Part shown: positions 7,805-16,560 of the stretch, piece after piece
Layout: each line of letters begins with the position of its first letter
Numbering within the stretch: the first letter of the stretch is position 1
Virus record (IMG/VR): IMGVR_UViG_3300048597_000249
Direction: 5' to 3' (one strand)
DNA: 20,000 nucleotides
DNA from: an uncultured virus (IMG/VR IMGVR_UViG_3300048597_000249)
Lineage: Duplodnaviria > Heunggongvirae > Uroviricota > Caudoviricetes
Notes under the pieces: generated by a model
What the model saw: only the letters and a program-made list of their open reading frames with translations
Told to the model about the DNA's origin: nothing
Database searches by the model: none
Position numbers and translations under genes: made by a program

Positions 7805-8230
7805 ATGAACGAGCAACAAGTGGTTATACAAAATGATAATACAAAAAAGTATTTAGCAGTAAATAAAAAAGAATTAACATTATTTTGGATAGATGATATA
7901 TGGTCAGCTATGGTAATTGATAAAAAAGATGCTCGTCGTATTTGCGACACTCTTAGCTCAGATATTTTTGGTTGTTATGACGATATAAAATTAATCAAAA
8001 AAAGTGAAAAGTATGTTGTTTATTATAAGAAAAAATATGACAATGGCGTTTACTATAACACTTTTTTAGAAAACAAATCGAACAAAAACTCAGATATAAC
8101 TTGGACAACCACACTTAATAACGCTATGGTTTTTACGTATGAGGACGCTGTTAAAACCTCAGAAACATTTGAGAAAATTACTAAATTACCAATGATTTAC
8201 ACCAAGAAAGATATTTTAGATATTTTTTAA
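7805..8230 (+). CDS. Hypothetical protein with internal duplication
   Basis: FWIDDIWSAMVIDKKDA versus TWTTTLNNAMVFTYEDA. Confidence 0.65.
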   Translation: MNEQQVVIQNDNTKKYLAVNKKELTLFWIDDIWSAMVIDKKDARRICDTLSSDIFGCYDDIKLIKKSEKYVVYYKKKYDNGVYYNTFLENKSNKNSDITWTTTLNNAMVFTYEDAVKTSETFEKITKLPMIYTKKDILDIF

Positions 8231-8232
8231 TT

Positions 8233-8241
8233 TGGTATAAT
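8233..8241 (+). promoter_or_regulatory. Extended -10 promoter
   Basis: TGGTATAAT in the gap before the 8267 ORF and the tRNA. Confidence 0.5.
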
Positions 8242-8266
8242 TAGATACGGAAATAAAGGTAAAAAT

Positions 8267-8389
8267 ATGAATAAAATTATTGAGAGTAAGTTGCGTAAAG
8301 TGACCAATAACAAACTAGCGAAAGATAAGTTAAAAAAGAAAAATGAAGTAGTGTTATTAAAACAAAATTTGTGTTTAGTTGAGAAATAA
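8267..8389 (+). CDS. Small basic protein (40 aa), paralog of the 7304 N-terminus; absent from ORF track
   Basis: MNKIIESKLRKVTNNKLAKDKLKKKNEVVLLKQNLCLVEK; AAGGT upstream. Confidence 0.55.
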   Translation: MNKIIESKLRKVTNNKLAKDKLKKKNEVVLLKQNLCLVEK

Positions 8390-8396
8390 TAACTAA

Positions 8397-8469
8397 GCGC
8401 TGTTGGCCGAGTGGTTGAGGCAACGAACTCATAATTCGTCTTAGACAGGTTCGACTCCTGTACGGCGCA
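8397..8469 (+). tRNA. tRNA with CAT anticodon (elongator Met or Ile2)
   Basis: Acceptor GCGCTGT/ACGGCGC+A, D-arm GCC..TGG..GGC, anticodon arm ACGAA-CTCATAA-TTCGT, T-arm ACAGG-TTCGACT-CCTGT. No encoded CCA. G1-C72 pair argues against initiator. Confidence 0.93.
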
Positions 8470-8678
8470 TGTTAATCATAGCGTTGTTAATTTTTAAAAA
8501 TATGTTGAATAAAATTAAGCACAGAGTATTGTTTTTAGATCGAATATCATATTGTCCAATTTGTAGTGAAGATTTGTGCGGCGAACCGTTTTGTAGTAAA
8601 CACGGTGATGTTAGTGGTCAACCTTTGTGGAAATATACTTGGTTGTTTAAGTTAATACCAAGTTGGTTGAAAAAATAA
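8469..8678 (+). CDS. Small zinc-ribbon-like protein; true start probably ATG 8502
   Basis: YCPIC...FCSKHG; the annotated start overlaps the tRNA end. Confidence 0.55.
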   Translation: MLIIALLIFKNMLNKIKHRVLFLDRISYCPICSEDLCGEPFCSKHGDVSGQPLWKYTWLFKLIPSWLKK

Positions 8679-8691
8679 ATAATTAATAAAA

Positions 8692-9351
8692 ATGAAAGTT
8701 AAATTTATTAGTGTTACTAAACCAGAAATTGAAATCGACGGTAAACCATTAACACCAGAAGGTTTAATTGCATATTGCGCCAGGGTAAGTTCGCCGAATC
8801 AAGAAAATCCTGACTATGAAAAATTGTTGCGATACTGTATGCGAGAAGGACATTGGTCAATTTTTGAAATGGTCGATATGACTGTAGAAATTACGACTAC
8901 TCGTGCTATTGCGCCGCAACTACTACGTCACAAATCGTTTTCCTGGCAAGAATTTAGTTTAAGGTACTCTGAAGCGTTAGATTACGAACCATGTGAAGCA
9001 CGTCGTCAAGATTTAAAAAATCGCCAAAATTCTATTGATGATTTAGTTGATGAGGTTAAGGATTGGTTTACGGACACGCAATTGGAAACCTGGGATGTTG
9101 CCTATGAAAATTATCAGCAAGCATTAAAATTTGGCATTGCCAAGGAATGCGCCCGGATGTTGTTACCGTTGAACACAGTAACCAAGTTGTATATGAAAGG
9201 TTCTGTTAGATCTTGGGTACATTATTTTCAAGTACGTTGTGATGATGCGACACAGAAAGAGCATCGGGATATTGCTTGTGCTATTCGTGATGATATTTTT
9301 TCAACCAAATTTCCAACTATTTATAATATTTTGATGAATAGTGATGTTTGA
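8692..9351 (+). CDS. thyX: FAD-dependent thymidylate synthase
   Basis: [21 protein letters not shown] signature, [15 protein letters not shown]. Confidence 0.96.
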   Translation: MKVKFISVTKPEIEIDGKPLTPEGLIAYCARVSSPNQENPDYEKLLRYCMREGHWSIFEMVDMTVEITTTRAIAPQLLRHKSFSWQEFSLRYSEALDYEPCEARRQDLKNRQNSIDDLVDEVKDWFTDTQLETWDVAYENYQQALKFGIAKECARMLLPLNTVTKLYMKGSVRSWVHYFQVRCDDATQKEHRDIACAIRDDIFSTKFPTIYNILMNSDV

Positions 9352-9454
9352 GCTTATTGTTTACTATCTGATTGGTTTTATATTTGGGTTTCTTTATGGT
9401 GTGTCACGAAAATAATTAACAAAATATAATAGAAATAATTTATATTAAATAACA

Positions 9455-9784
9455 ATGTTGGAGTTAACTTTAAATCAACAATTTGACTATCGTGTTATCT
9501 CAGATAGCGCAACACGATTATCTAATGAGCAATTACTAGAACAACTTAAACAAGCACATCATCTTTTAAAACAAAAATCTTTTATTTTAGATAACTTTCT
9601 TACAAATAGTTCGTTAGAAATTAAATTTATTGACAAATCTGACCCTACTTATTCTTTCAACCAACATTTAATTTTTCTTGAGTTTGAAAAATATGATAGG
9701 GAGAAATTAATCGACGTATTACTAGGTACGATTAAAACTTTAATGTATACGGAAAATCATATTAAAAGTGTGTTAATCGGTTAA
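9455..9784 (+). CDS. nblA: Tandem two-domain NblA-like phycobilisome degradation adaptor
   Basis: ELTLNQQF...LSNEQLLEQL matches the NblA pattern (eLslEQqF...msreQa...L). Second half (FNQHLIFLEFEKYDREKLIDVLLGTIKTLMYTENHIKSVL) repeats the pattern. Confidence 0.7.
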   Translation: MLELTLNQQFDYRVISDSATRLSNEQLLEQLKQAHHLLKQKSFILDNFLTNSSLEIKFIDKSDPTYSFNQHLIFLEFEKYDREKLIDVLLGTIKTLMYTENHIKSVLIG

Positions 9785-9812
9785 AATAAAACGGTATATT
9801 TTTTACCGTGAG

Positions 9813-10292
9813 ATGAGAATATTATCTATTGACGTTGGTATAGTTAATATAGGTTATGCTATTTTTGAGATCGCCGAAAACGACATAACCTATCTTTCTT
9901 CTGGTTATTTATGCACAAAACATAAATCACAAACAAAAGAAAGGCTCGCAATTATTTATGATTATTTTGCCGATATTATAAAAAACACTGAAATAAAAAC
10001 ATTGATTTATGAACAACCAATATTTAATCGTGGTGCATCTGGCGCAAATGTAGTTAAAGCAGAAGGTATTTTATTATTGTTGGCGGGAATTAATAATTTA
10101 GATTGTTATAGTTATACGCCGAGTTGTATAAAAAAAGCATTAACTAAATTAGGAAAAGCCGATAAAAAAGATGTTGAAAATGGCGTAAATAAATTTCTTA
10201 ATTTACAATTAACTTTTAAAACGGATCATGAAAGTGATGCTTGTGCGATAGGTATTACTCATTTTCTGAAAACTAGCGAGGTGATTGAATAA
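9813..10292 (+). CDS. ruvC: Holliday junction resolvase
   Basis: ILSIDVG..NIGYA, YEQP, YTPSCIKKALT..GKADK, HESDACAIG. Confidence 0.93.
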   Translation: MRILSIDVGIVNIGYAIFEIAENDITYLSSGYLCTKHKSQTKERLAIIYDYFADIIKNTEIKTLIYEQPIFNRGASGANVVKAEGILLLLAGINNLDCYSYTPSCIKKALTKLGKADKKDVENGVNKFLNLQLTFKTDHESDACAIGITHFLKTSEVIE

Positions 10293-10525
10293 TGGTTAAT
10301 GCGGTCAGATGGTATAAGTCCACAAGCGAAGAAACAGCGATTGTACAGGTGTTTGAGAATGGTAGATGGGTTAATGCTCGTAATTCACGTATATACACTG
10401 CTGATGTCGATTTTAGGGGTAGTTTTGGTAATGCATCTGAAGGATTTGCGACTTTCCAAAAAGCGCTTAAACTAGGATATGAAAACAAAGGCTTGTTTAT
10501 TGCCGACGTAATAAAAGAAGATTGA
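10292..10525 (+). CDS. Hypothetical protein
   Basis: TAATG stop/start coupling; GAGGTG upstream. Confidence 0.7.
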   Translation: MVNAVRWYKSTSEETAIVQVFENGRWVNARNSRIYTADVDFRGSFGNASEGFATFQKALKLGYENKGLFIADVIKED

Positions 10526-10620
10526 TATTTTTTCAATCGAGATAAGAATAACTGATACTCCTTGCATTTTTCTGGTATTGTGCAATCATTGTATAAATAG
10601 AGTTGAAAATAAATTTAAAG

Positions 10621-10764
10621 ATGCGTAAACCAAGAATCAAAGCGAATCAAGTTGGTAAGATGAAAAAAGTTATGAAGATGGTGTTTGAAGATGGTAAAAC
10701 TACTGGTGCAAAAGCAAGAAATGCAAAACAGTATTTTGCGGAAGTAATTTTAAATTCTTTATAA
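10621..10764 (+). CDS. Small basic protein (47 aa), absent from ORF track
   Basis: MRKPRIKANQVGKMKKVMKMVFEDGKTTGAKARNAKQYFAEVILNSL; ends 4 nt before the next start. Confidence 0.55.
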   Translation: MRKPRIKANQVGKMKKVMKMVFEDGKTTGAKARNAKQYFAEVILNSL

Positions 10765-10768
10765 ATAA

Positions 10769-10975
10769 ATGGAAAAAGATTATAATTCTAGCGGTATTTT
10801 TTTACCTTTATTGACAACGTTATTTATTGGGTTAAAACTTACTGGGTATATTGATTGGTCATGGTGGTGGGTGTTATCGCCGCTTTGGATACCGTTTGCT
10901 ATTGTGTTAGTTTGTATGGCGATTATTTTTTCAATCTACGTCGTAGTTTATGTAGTTGAAAAATATTTAGCTTAA
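10769..10975 (+). CDS. Small phage membrane protein (LKL.G.I.WSWWWVL.P.W family)
   Basis: GLKLTGYIDWSWWWVLSPLWIP motif; hydrophobic throughout. Confidence 0.8.
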   Translation: MEKDYNSSGIFLPLLTTLFIGLKLTGYIDWSWWWVLSPLWIPFAIVLVCMAIIFSIYVVVYVVEKYLA

Positions 10976-10987
10976 TTATTTTATATG

Positions 10988-11012
10988 GACTCTGTTTTGT
11001 TACAGAGTCTTT
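10988..11012 (+). terminator. Possible intrinsic terminator
   Basis: GACTCTGT-6 nt-ACAGAGTC followed by TTTAATT. Confidence 0.5.
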
Positions 11013-11035
11013 AATTAATTTAGGAATTATCTGAA

Positions 11036-11497
11036 ATGTTAGTTAATAAAAATAGCATTGAAGCTACGTTGCTTGATTTTGCAAGTGTTGGAGAAAATAT
11101 TGAAGATTTTTCGCAAGAAGAAATTGATTTGATTTTTAAGAGAACTTTTGAAGATTTGGCCACATATCATTACCAGTGGGTTTTTAAACAAAACTGTTTA
11201 AAAGTTACAGAAGAACGAGAAAATATTTACAAAATCAATGATGTATTAAATTATTTACAAAGTTTTAATGATACTTTATTGTGTAAACTATCAGTATGTA
11301 GTAAAAAGTTGTCTTCTGGACGTTATATGGTTTTTATTCGAGATTGTAATATTACAACTCCGTTAATCAAAGTAAAAGAATGTTTAGACGATATAAAAGA
11401 CAAATATGGTAATTTAGAAGTATTTTTTAATAAAGGTGATTTAAAATCTTTAAAAATAATTACACTTCCTGTAGAATCTTATTTAACTTTGGTGTAA
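11036..11497 (+). CDS. Hypothetical protein
   Basis: AGGA upstream; 153-aa ORF. Confidence 0.7.
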   Translation: MLVNKNSIEATLLDFASVGENIEDFSQEEIDLIFKRTFEDLATYHYQWVFKQNCLKVTEERENIYKINDVLNYLQSFNDTLLCKLSVCSKKLSSGRYMVFIRDCNITTPLIKVKECLDDIKDKYGNLEVFFNKGDLKSLKIITLPVESYLTLV

Positions 11498-11499
11498 AA

Positions 11500-11844
11500 A
11501 TGTATAACTTAGTTGTTTTAAAAAATAAAATAGGTTACGTTACAAGTGTTTTTGATCGACGTGGTAATGAGATTTGGAACAATGTAAATTACGCCGATTT
11601 GTTAGTAGACGATTTGGCGCAACAACATTTCTCAATCGACAATGTGTTATTTGATGATTGGTCGTTATTTTGTGTACAGCTACTGGCTACATCAAAGTTA
11701 TTTAATAAAGATGTAAAATTGATAAGTATTTCTGATGTACCGCAGGAAGAGTTATTTATTGCTAATGAGTGTATGGGAGTTTATGGAAAAGCGAGATATG
11801 TGCATCGAATGTTTTTGAAAGACAAGAATAAAGTTGCTTGTTAG
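11500..11844 (+). CDS. Hypothetical protein
   Basis: Tightly packed ORF before nrdJ. Confidence 0.7.
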   Translation: MYNLVVLKNKIGYVTSVFDRRGNEIWNNVNYADLLVDDLAQQHFSIDNVLFDDWSLFCVQLLATSKLFNKDVKLISISDVPQEELFIANECMGVYGKARYVHRMFLKDKNKVAC

Positions 11845-11873
11845 AATAAAAATCCTAAATAATTAGTAAGAAT

Positions 11874-14075
11874 ATGATTTTAAAAGATAGTATTCGTCGT
11901 CACTTTGAAAATGTTGCGCCTAAATATATTGAGTGGGATTTTTATAAAAACTATATTGATGTTGAACCGCCATTTGGTCAGTTAGGATTACCTGTATTTT
12001 TGCGCACTTATTCTCGCCATATTCCCTCTGAAAAACGACGAGAGAAATGGATCGAAACGGTACTGCGTAATGTTGAATTTAGTATTGGGTTGGATAATGT
12101 TACATCTTACGCTGAGTTGAAAAAAGAAGCTAAAGAATTGTTTGATTATATTTTCAATCTACGCACTTTCCCTAGTGGTCGTTCATTATGGGTGGCTGGT
12201 AGTCAACAAACACAAGTTGATCCTTCATCAGTTTGGAATTGTACTTTTCGTTCTATTAATAGCATTACTTCTTTTAGTGAAATCTTTTATTGGTTATTAA
12301 TTGGTGCTGGTTGTGGTTTTTCTGTAGAACAAAAATATATTGATTTATTACCATATTTTTATAACGAAAATAAAACTATTTCTCATACTGGCGAAAATGT
12401 TTGGATTAAAAATAATGAAGAAACAGTTTTTGCGTATGATTGTTGTGTTAAAAATTTAACTAATTTGGATTTAACGTTATCTGATTATGAATATCGCCGT
12501 AAAATAAATATTCCTAAAAGTGTTCAAAATATTGTTATTTACGTTGGGGATAGTAAACAAGGATGGTGTAATGCTGTTCGTTTATATTTAACCTTATTAA
12601 CCTATGAGCAAAGTTTAAATATTACGTTTGACTATTCTTGGGTTAGACCAAAAGGTGAACCGTTGAAAGTATTTGGTGGACGTGCTTCAGGATGTAGAAA
12701 TTTAATAGATCTATTTGATCGTATGCACGAAACTATTTCTGCAAATAAACTATCTTCTGTAAATTGTTTGGATTTAGTTTGCATTATTGGTTGCGCTGTT
12801 GTATCAGGAGGGATTCGTAGAACGGCTCTTATTGGTTTAGGTGGTGCAGAAGATGATGAATTTAAAACTGCTAAATATAAATTATGGCAAGATCCTGCAA
12901 AAGCTAAATATACAAAATATCGAGTAATGTCCAATAATTCTATTGCTGAAAAATCAAAAAAACCAGATCGACAAGTCTTTGACGAAATGTTTATCGCGAT
13001 TAAATCGAATGGCGAACCTGGTATTTGGAATGTTGGTAATGCTCAAAAATATGATGAACAAATCATTGGTACTAACCCATGCGGTGAATCAGGTTTACGT
13101 GATAAGCAGTCCTGTAACCTTACGACAAATAATGTATTAGCATTTGTTAAAAAAACTGAAAATGGCGATACTTATTTTGATGAAGAAAATTGGCGCAAAT
13201 CCTTATATTTATCAACTCGTATTGGTAGTCGTGTAACAACTCTTTCTCAATGGCATCCAGAATGGGATAGAGTGCAAAAATCACAACGGTTACTCGGTGT
13301 GTCGATGACTGGTTTAATGGACGCTGTGGATACGCTGGGTTGGGATGAAAAACAATTAGAAAGTTTTTTAATTCGTTCGCAACAATATGTGCGAGATGTT
13401 GCCGATAGTTATCACGAAAGACTAAGTATTGAACGTAGTACTCGTATTACCCTTTTTAAACCAGAAGGAAGTTTAAGTCAGTTACCCACTGTATCCAGTG
13501 GTATTCATCGTGCTTATTCGCCACAATACTTGCGCAGGGTGCGTTTTTCAGCCATTGACCCTTTGGCAAAAGCTTTACTCAATGTTGTTGGTCAAAGTAA
13601 TGTTAAACCCGAAAATGGACAGGGTGAAGATATTATGAACGAACATGTAGATACATGGGTATTCACATTTCCAATTCGGACGAAAGCAAAGATTCGTGCC
13701 ATTGATGAACCTGCAATCACACAATTAGAGCGTTATAAACTTGCGCAAAGTACGTATACCGCTGATGGTCACAATACGTCTGTTACAGTTACAGTAGCCG
13801 AAGACGAGTGGGATGATGTCGCCGATTGGGTATATAAAAATTGGGAATCCATTATTGGAGTAAGTTTTTTACCGAAATACGATCCAGAAAAAGATGTATA
13901 TCCGCAAATGCCATATGAACCGTGTAGTGTTGACAAATACAAAGGACTAAAAAATATTATGCCAACGTTTAGTGAAAATCAACTTATTACATTGATATCC
14001 AAATATGAAGATAATTATGATGAATATCAGATTTTAGAAGATGCTTGTGCTAGCGGTGCTTGTCCACTTCGTTGA
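11874..14075 (+). CDS. nrdJ: Adenosylcobalamin-dependent (class II, monomeric type) ribonucleotide reductase
   Basis: FLRTYSR, PSGRSLW, WNC, GDSKQGW, FGGRASG, VVSGGIRRTA, GTNPCGE, CNL, KPEGSLS, C-terminal CASGACP. Confidence 0.95.
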   Translation: MILKDSIRRHFENVAPKYIEWDFYKNYIDVEPPFGQLGLPVFLRTYSRHIPSEKRREKWIETVLRNVEFSIGLDNVTSYAELKKEAKELFDYIFNLRTFPSGRSLWVAGSQQTQVDPSSVWNCTFRSINSITSFSEIFYWLLIGAGCGFSVEQKYIDLLPYFYNENKTISHTGENVWIKNNEETVFAYDCCVKNLTNLDLTLSDYEYRRKINIPKSVQNIVIYVGDSKQGWCNAVRLYLTLLTYEQSLNITFDYSWVRPKGEPLKVFGGRASGCRNLIDLFDRMHETISANKLSSVNCLDLVCIIGCAVVSGGIRRTALIGLGGAEDDEFKTAKYKLWQDPAKAKYTKYRVMSNNSIAEKSKKPDRQVFDEMFIAIKSNGEPGIWNVGNAQKYDEQIIGTNPCGESGLRDKQSCNLTTNNVLAFVKKTENGDTYFDEENWRKSLYLSTRIGSRVTTLSQWHPEWDRVQKSQRLLGVSMTGLMDAVDTLGWDEKQLESFLIRSQQYVRDVADSYHERLSIERSTRITLFKPEGSLSQLPTVSSGIHRAYSPQYLRRVRFSAIDPLAKALLNVVGQSNVKPENGQGEDIMNEHVDTWVFTFPIRTKAKIRAIDEPAITQLERYKLAQSTYTADGHNTSVTVTVAEDEWDDVADWVYKNWESIIGVSFLPKYDPEKDVYPQMPYEPCSVDKYKGLKNIMPTFSENQLITLISKYEDNYDEYQILEDACASGACPLR

Positions 14076-14164
14076 AATAATATAGTTTCGCCATGTTTTT
14101 GTTAAAGGGGTGTGGCGAACCCCACGTAAGATAAAATTGATTAGTACACGTTAAGAACAAAAAT

Positions 14165-14776
14165 ATGGTTGTTGCAGTAGAGAAAAAACCACGTATTAAA
14201 AATGGTATTTGTGGTAGCGGTGATAAAATGTCTTCCGCATTAATTGAAGGATTGCGCTTACCAAAATCACATAAAGTATTTCAAATTTATGGAGCACAAG
14301 AAAGACTTTGTAATACGTTGTCTCTTTTTAAATGTCGCTATGGTCGTGAGTTAGAGTTTGACGATTTTCGCATTCTAACCTGGTTAATTCGCAATCTAAA
14401 CTGTTTGGGTGGTTTCTGTTATACCAAGGGTACAAACGCCGATTTTGTGTTTCCTGAGTCGTTTTTAGACAAGCTTGAGGAACGTATATTTGATGTTTTT
14501 CAACCTGCCACGACAGATTGTTTAGACTTTCTTATCCAAGACGAAGAATCATTTATTTTAATGGATCGTTGTCGAATTGAAATACGTGATTTAGAACGTG
14601 CTTTTGCTATTTGGTATGAGGTGCTTTACGGTAAACAAGAAGCAAGTGGTTCTATTTTGTTGATGTCGCAAATTTTAAATCGACTAAGTACCTATTTTTT
14701 CAATCTACTACGCTATGAGGGTTTGAAAAAAAATATTAGTGAGAAACCTTGGTCAGGTAAAGTAGAAAGTTTTTAA
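14165..14776 (+). CDS. pduO: PduO-type cob(I)alamin adenosyltransferase-like protein
   Basis: GSGDKMSSALIEGLRLPKS...YG (cf. TGD.G.T.L..G.Rv.K...yG), RIEIRDLER (cf. R...RRAER), LNRLSTYFF.L.R (cf. LNRLSD.lF...R). Confidence 0.8.
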   Translation: MVVAVEKKPRIKNGICGSGDKMSSALIEGLRLPKSHKVFQIYGAQERLCNTLSLFKCRYGRELEFDDFRILTWLIRNLNCLGGFCYTKGTNADFVFPESFLDKLEERIFDVFQPATTDCLDFLIQDEESFILMDRCRIEIRDLERAFAIWYEVLYGKQEASGSILLMSQILNRLSTYFFNLLRYEGLKKNISEKPWSGKVESF

Positions 14777-14797
14777 CATTAATAAACTAGGAATAAG

Positions 14798-14824
14798 AAG
14801 ACATCAATCTGCGATGTCTTTTTT
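14798..14824 (+). terminator. Intrinsic terminator after the pduO-like gene
   Basis: AAGACATC-7 nt-GATGTCTT followed by TTTT. Confidence 0.65.
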
Positions 14825-14854
14825 ATTATTTATGCTAAAATAAATCAACAACAT

Positions 14855-15331
14855 ATGATTAAAACTATGTTCAAAAAATTAAGTTACGAAGATATTGAAA
14901 CTCTTTCTCACAACGACCTAAAAAAAGAAAAAATAGAATGTCAAGTTGCTATTATCGAAACAAAAAATCGTATCGCTAATATTGACGAAGAAACAGACCT
15001 CAACGGCGTATATTTTGACAAATTATCCCGCAAGTTAAATCACCTGAAAAAACTTGCTCTTAAAATGGATATTCGTCTCGCCGAATTTAACGCAATGCGC
15101 AATGTGTCTAAACTAGACAACGACAACGTGCAGGAATATAATAATGTAGTGCGCCATTTAGAAATTGTACAGTTGTTGAAACCAGATTCTAAATACGCTA
15201 TGTTCCATCAAGTTTGCCATGACTTCCTCGATCAAGATACGTGTCAAATGTTAACCCATGAAACAATGCGTCGTTTGTCGATTCTGAAAGAAGAAGTTAA
15301 AGAAAAATATCCTAAACAAAAAGCAAGTTAA
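14855..15331 (+). CDS. Coiled-coil-rich hypothetical protein
   Basis: 158-aa ORF; TGCTAAAAT extended -10-like site at 14833-14841. Confidence 0.7.
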   Translation: MIKTMFKKLSYEDIETLSHNDLKKEKIECQVAIIETKNRIANIDEETDLNGVYFDKLSRKLNHLKKLALKMDIRLAEFNAMRNVSKLDNDNVQEYNNVVRHLEIVQLLKPDSKYAMFHQVCHDFLDQDTCQMLTHETMRRLSILKEEVKEKYPKQKAS

Positions 15332-15336
15332 AAGTT

Positions 15337-15612
15337 ATGAACAATAGAATTTGGAAATACGTGTTGGAAATTACAGATCAACAAACTTTATCGTTACCAG
15401 TTGGTGCAAAAATTTTAAGTGTTCATAACCAAAATAATAATATTTGTTTGTGGGTTATGGTAGATATGTTTAGTCAAGAATATGAGGATCGTATTATTGA
15501 AATGTTTGGAACAGGCCCAGGGTTTTATATCGACGAAAAAGAACGCACCTATATTGGCACAGTTGTTTTAGAAAAATATGTTTGGCACATATTTGAGTTA
15601 AACTTAAGATAA
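15337..15612 (+). CDS. Conserved phage protein (IWKY...GTG...YIGT...VWH family)
   Basis: IWKYVL...LPVGAKILSV..Q...LW..VD...GTG...YIGTV...VWHIFE. Confidence 0.8.
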   Translation: MNNRIWKYVLEITDQQTLSLPVGAKILSVHNQNNNICLWVMVDMFSQEYEDRIIEMFGTGPGFYIDEKERTYIGTVVLEKYVWHIFELNLR

Positions 15613-15628
15613 ATTTCGCCGAATAAAT

Positions 15629-15880
15629 ATGCCGCTAGATAAACAAGATAATGATTTTTTCAAACAAATTGAAAAAGAACTTTGGGATAAAAAATACGAA
15701 AAACTAAAACAATTACAAAATAAAATTACGACTACCATAGAAAAAATAGAATCATTACCGCTAGAAACTGAAAACGCATCCTATTTAAAAAAAGAAATTT
15801 TACCCCATCTCAAAAACGACTACTACAAAACCTATCTCGAATTACAAAAACACGAAAAACCCAAAAACACCAATACATAA
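15629..15880 (+). CDS. Hypothetical protein
   Basis: ATG ORF in the + strand run. Confidence 0.6.
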   Translation: MPLDKQDNDFFKQIEKELWDKKYEKLKQLQNKITTTIEKIESLPLETENASYLKKEILPHLKNDYYKTYLELQKHEKPKNTNT

Positions 15881-15916
15881 ATACTCTAAAATGGAGAAGT
15901 ATAAATCTTCTCCGTT

Positions 15917-16528
15917 ATGGTTATCAAATCTTTTTTCAAACTGACTTTAATTGTTTATGCTGTAGTAATTGGAGTTGGTTATACTGGTTTCACCAAAGCC
16001 GACCAAAATGAAATACGAGTCAAATATTGTAAAAACCCACAATGTACCGAAGTTAGTGATATTTTAACAATTGATGAATTTGCAAAACTAAAACAACTAC
16101 AACCAATTAAAGAAGAATCAAATTTTTACGACATGTTGGGATTGTATCTTACTGCGGCAATCCCAATCATTGGTTTATTATGGTGGATAATAAATATACA
16201 ACAAGATAAAAAAAATTTAGAACAAAATATTAAACAAGAATCTACTTTAGATAATAAATTAGAAAAAATATTAAATAAACAAGAGTTAATTATTACAGAT
16301 TTTGGCGATGAGATTGAAAAATTACATTTTAAATTTGAGCAAATATTACAACAACTAACAGCGTATCAATTAGAAGCAGTTAAAACTGTTTATTCGCAAA
16401 ATGGCAAAATTGAATTACTTATCGAAAATCTGGCGACAACAAAAGCTTTAATCGCCAAAGTAGAGGATATTGAAAACTTTTTGGCAACTAATTATCAATA
16501 TAATGTCCGTCATCAAAAAGCCGATTAG
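15917..16528 (+). CDS. Membrane protein with C-terminal coiled coil
   Basis: Hydrophobic N-terminal segment and second segment LGLYLTAAIPIIGLLWWIINI. Confidence 0.7.
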   Translation: MVIKSFFKLTLIVYAVVIGVGYTGFTKADQNEIRVKYCKNPQCTEVSDILTIDEFAKLKQLQPIKEESNFYDMLGLYLTAAIPIIGLLWWIINIQQDKKNLEQNIKQESTLDNKLEKILNKQELIITDFGDEIEKLHFKFEQILQQLTAYQLEAVKTVYSQNGKIELLIENLATTKALIAKVEDIENFLATNYQYNVRHQKAD

Positions 16529-16560
16529 AATATAAATATATATATTTTCAATCGCGATAA

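Noticed and set aside
10592..16538. T4-like late promoters TATAAATA (10592, 10760, 16531)
   Set aside because: A few copies are expected by chance in DNA this AT-rich; no late sigma factor in the window.
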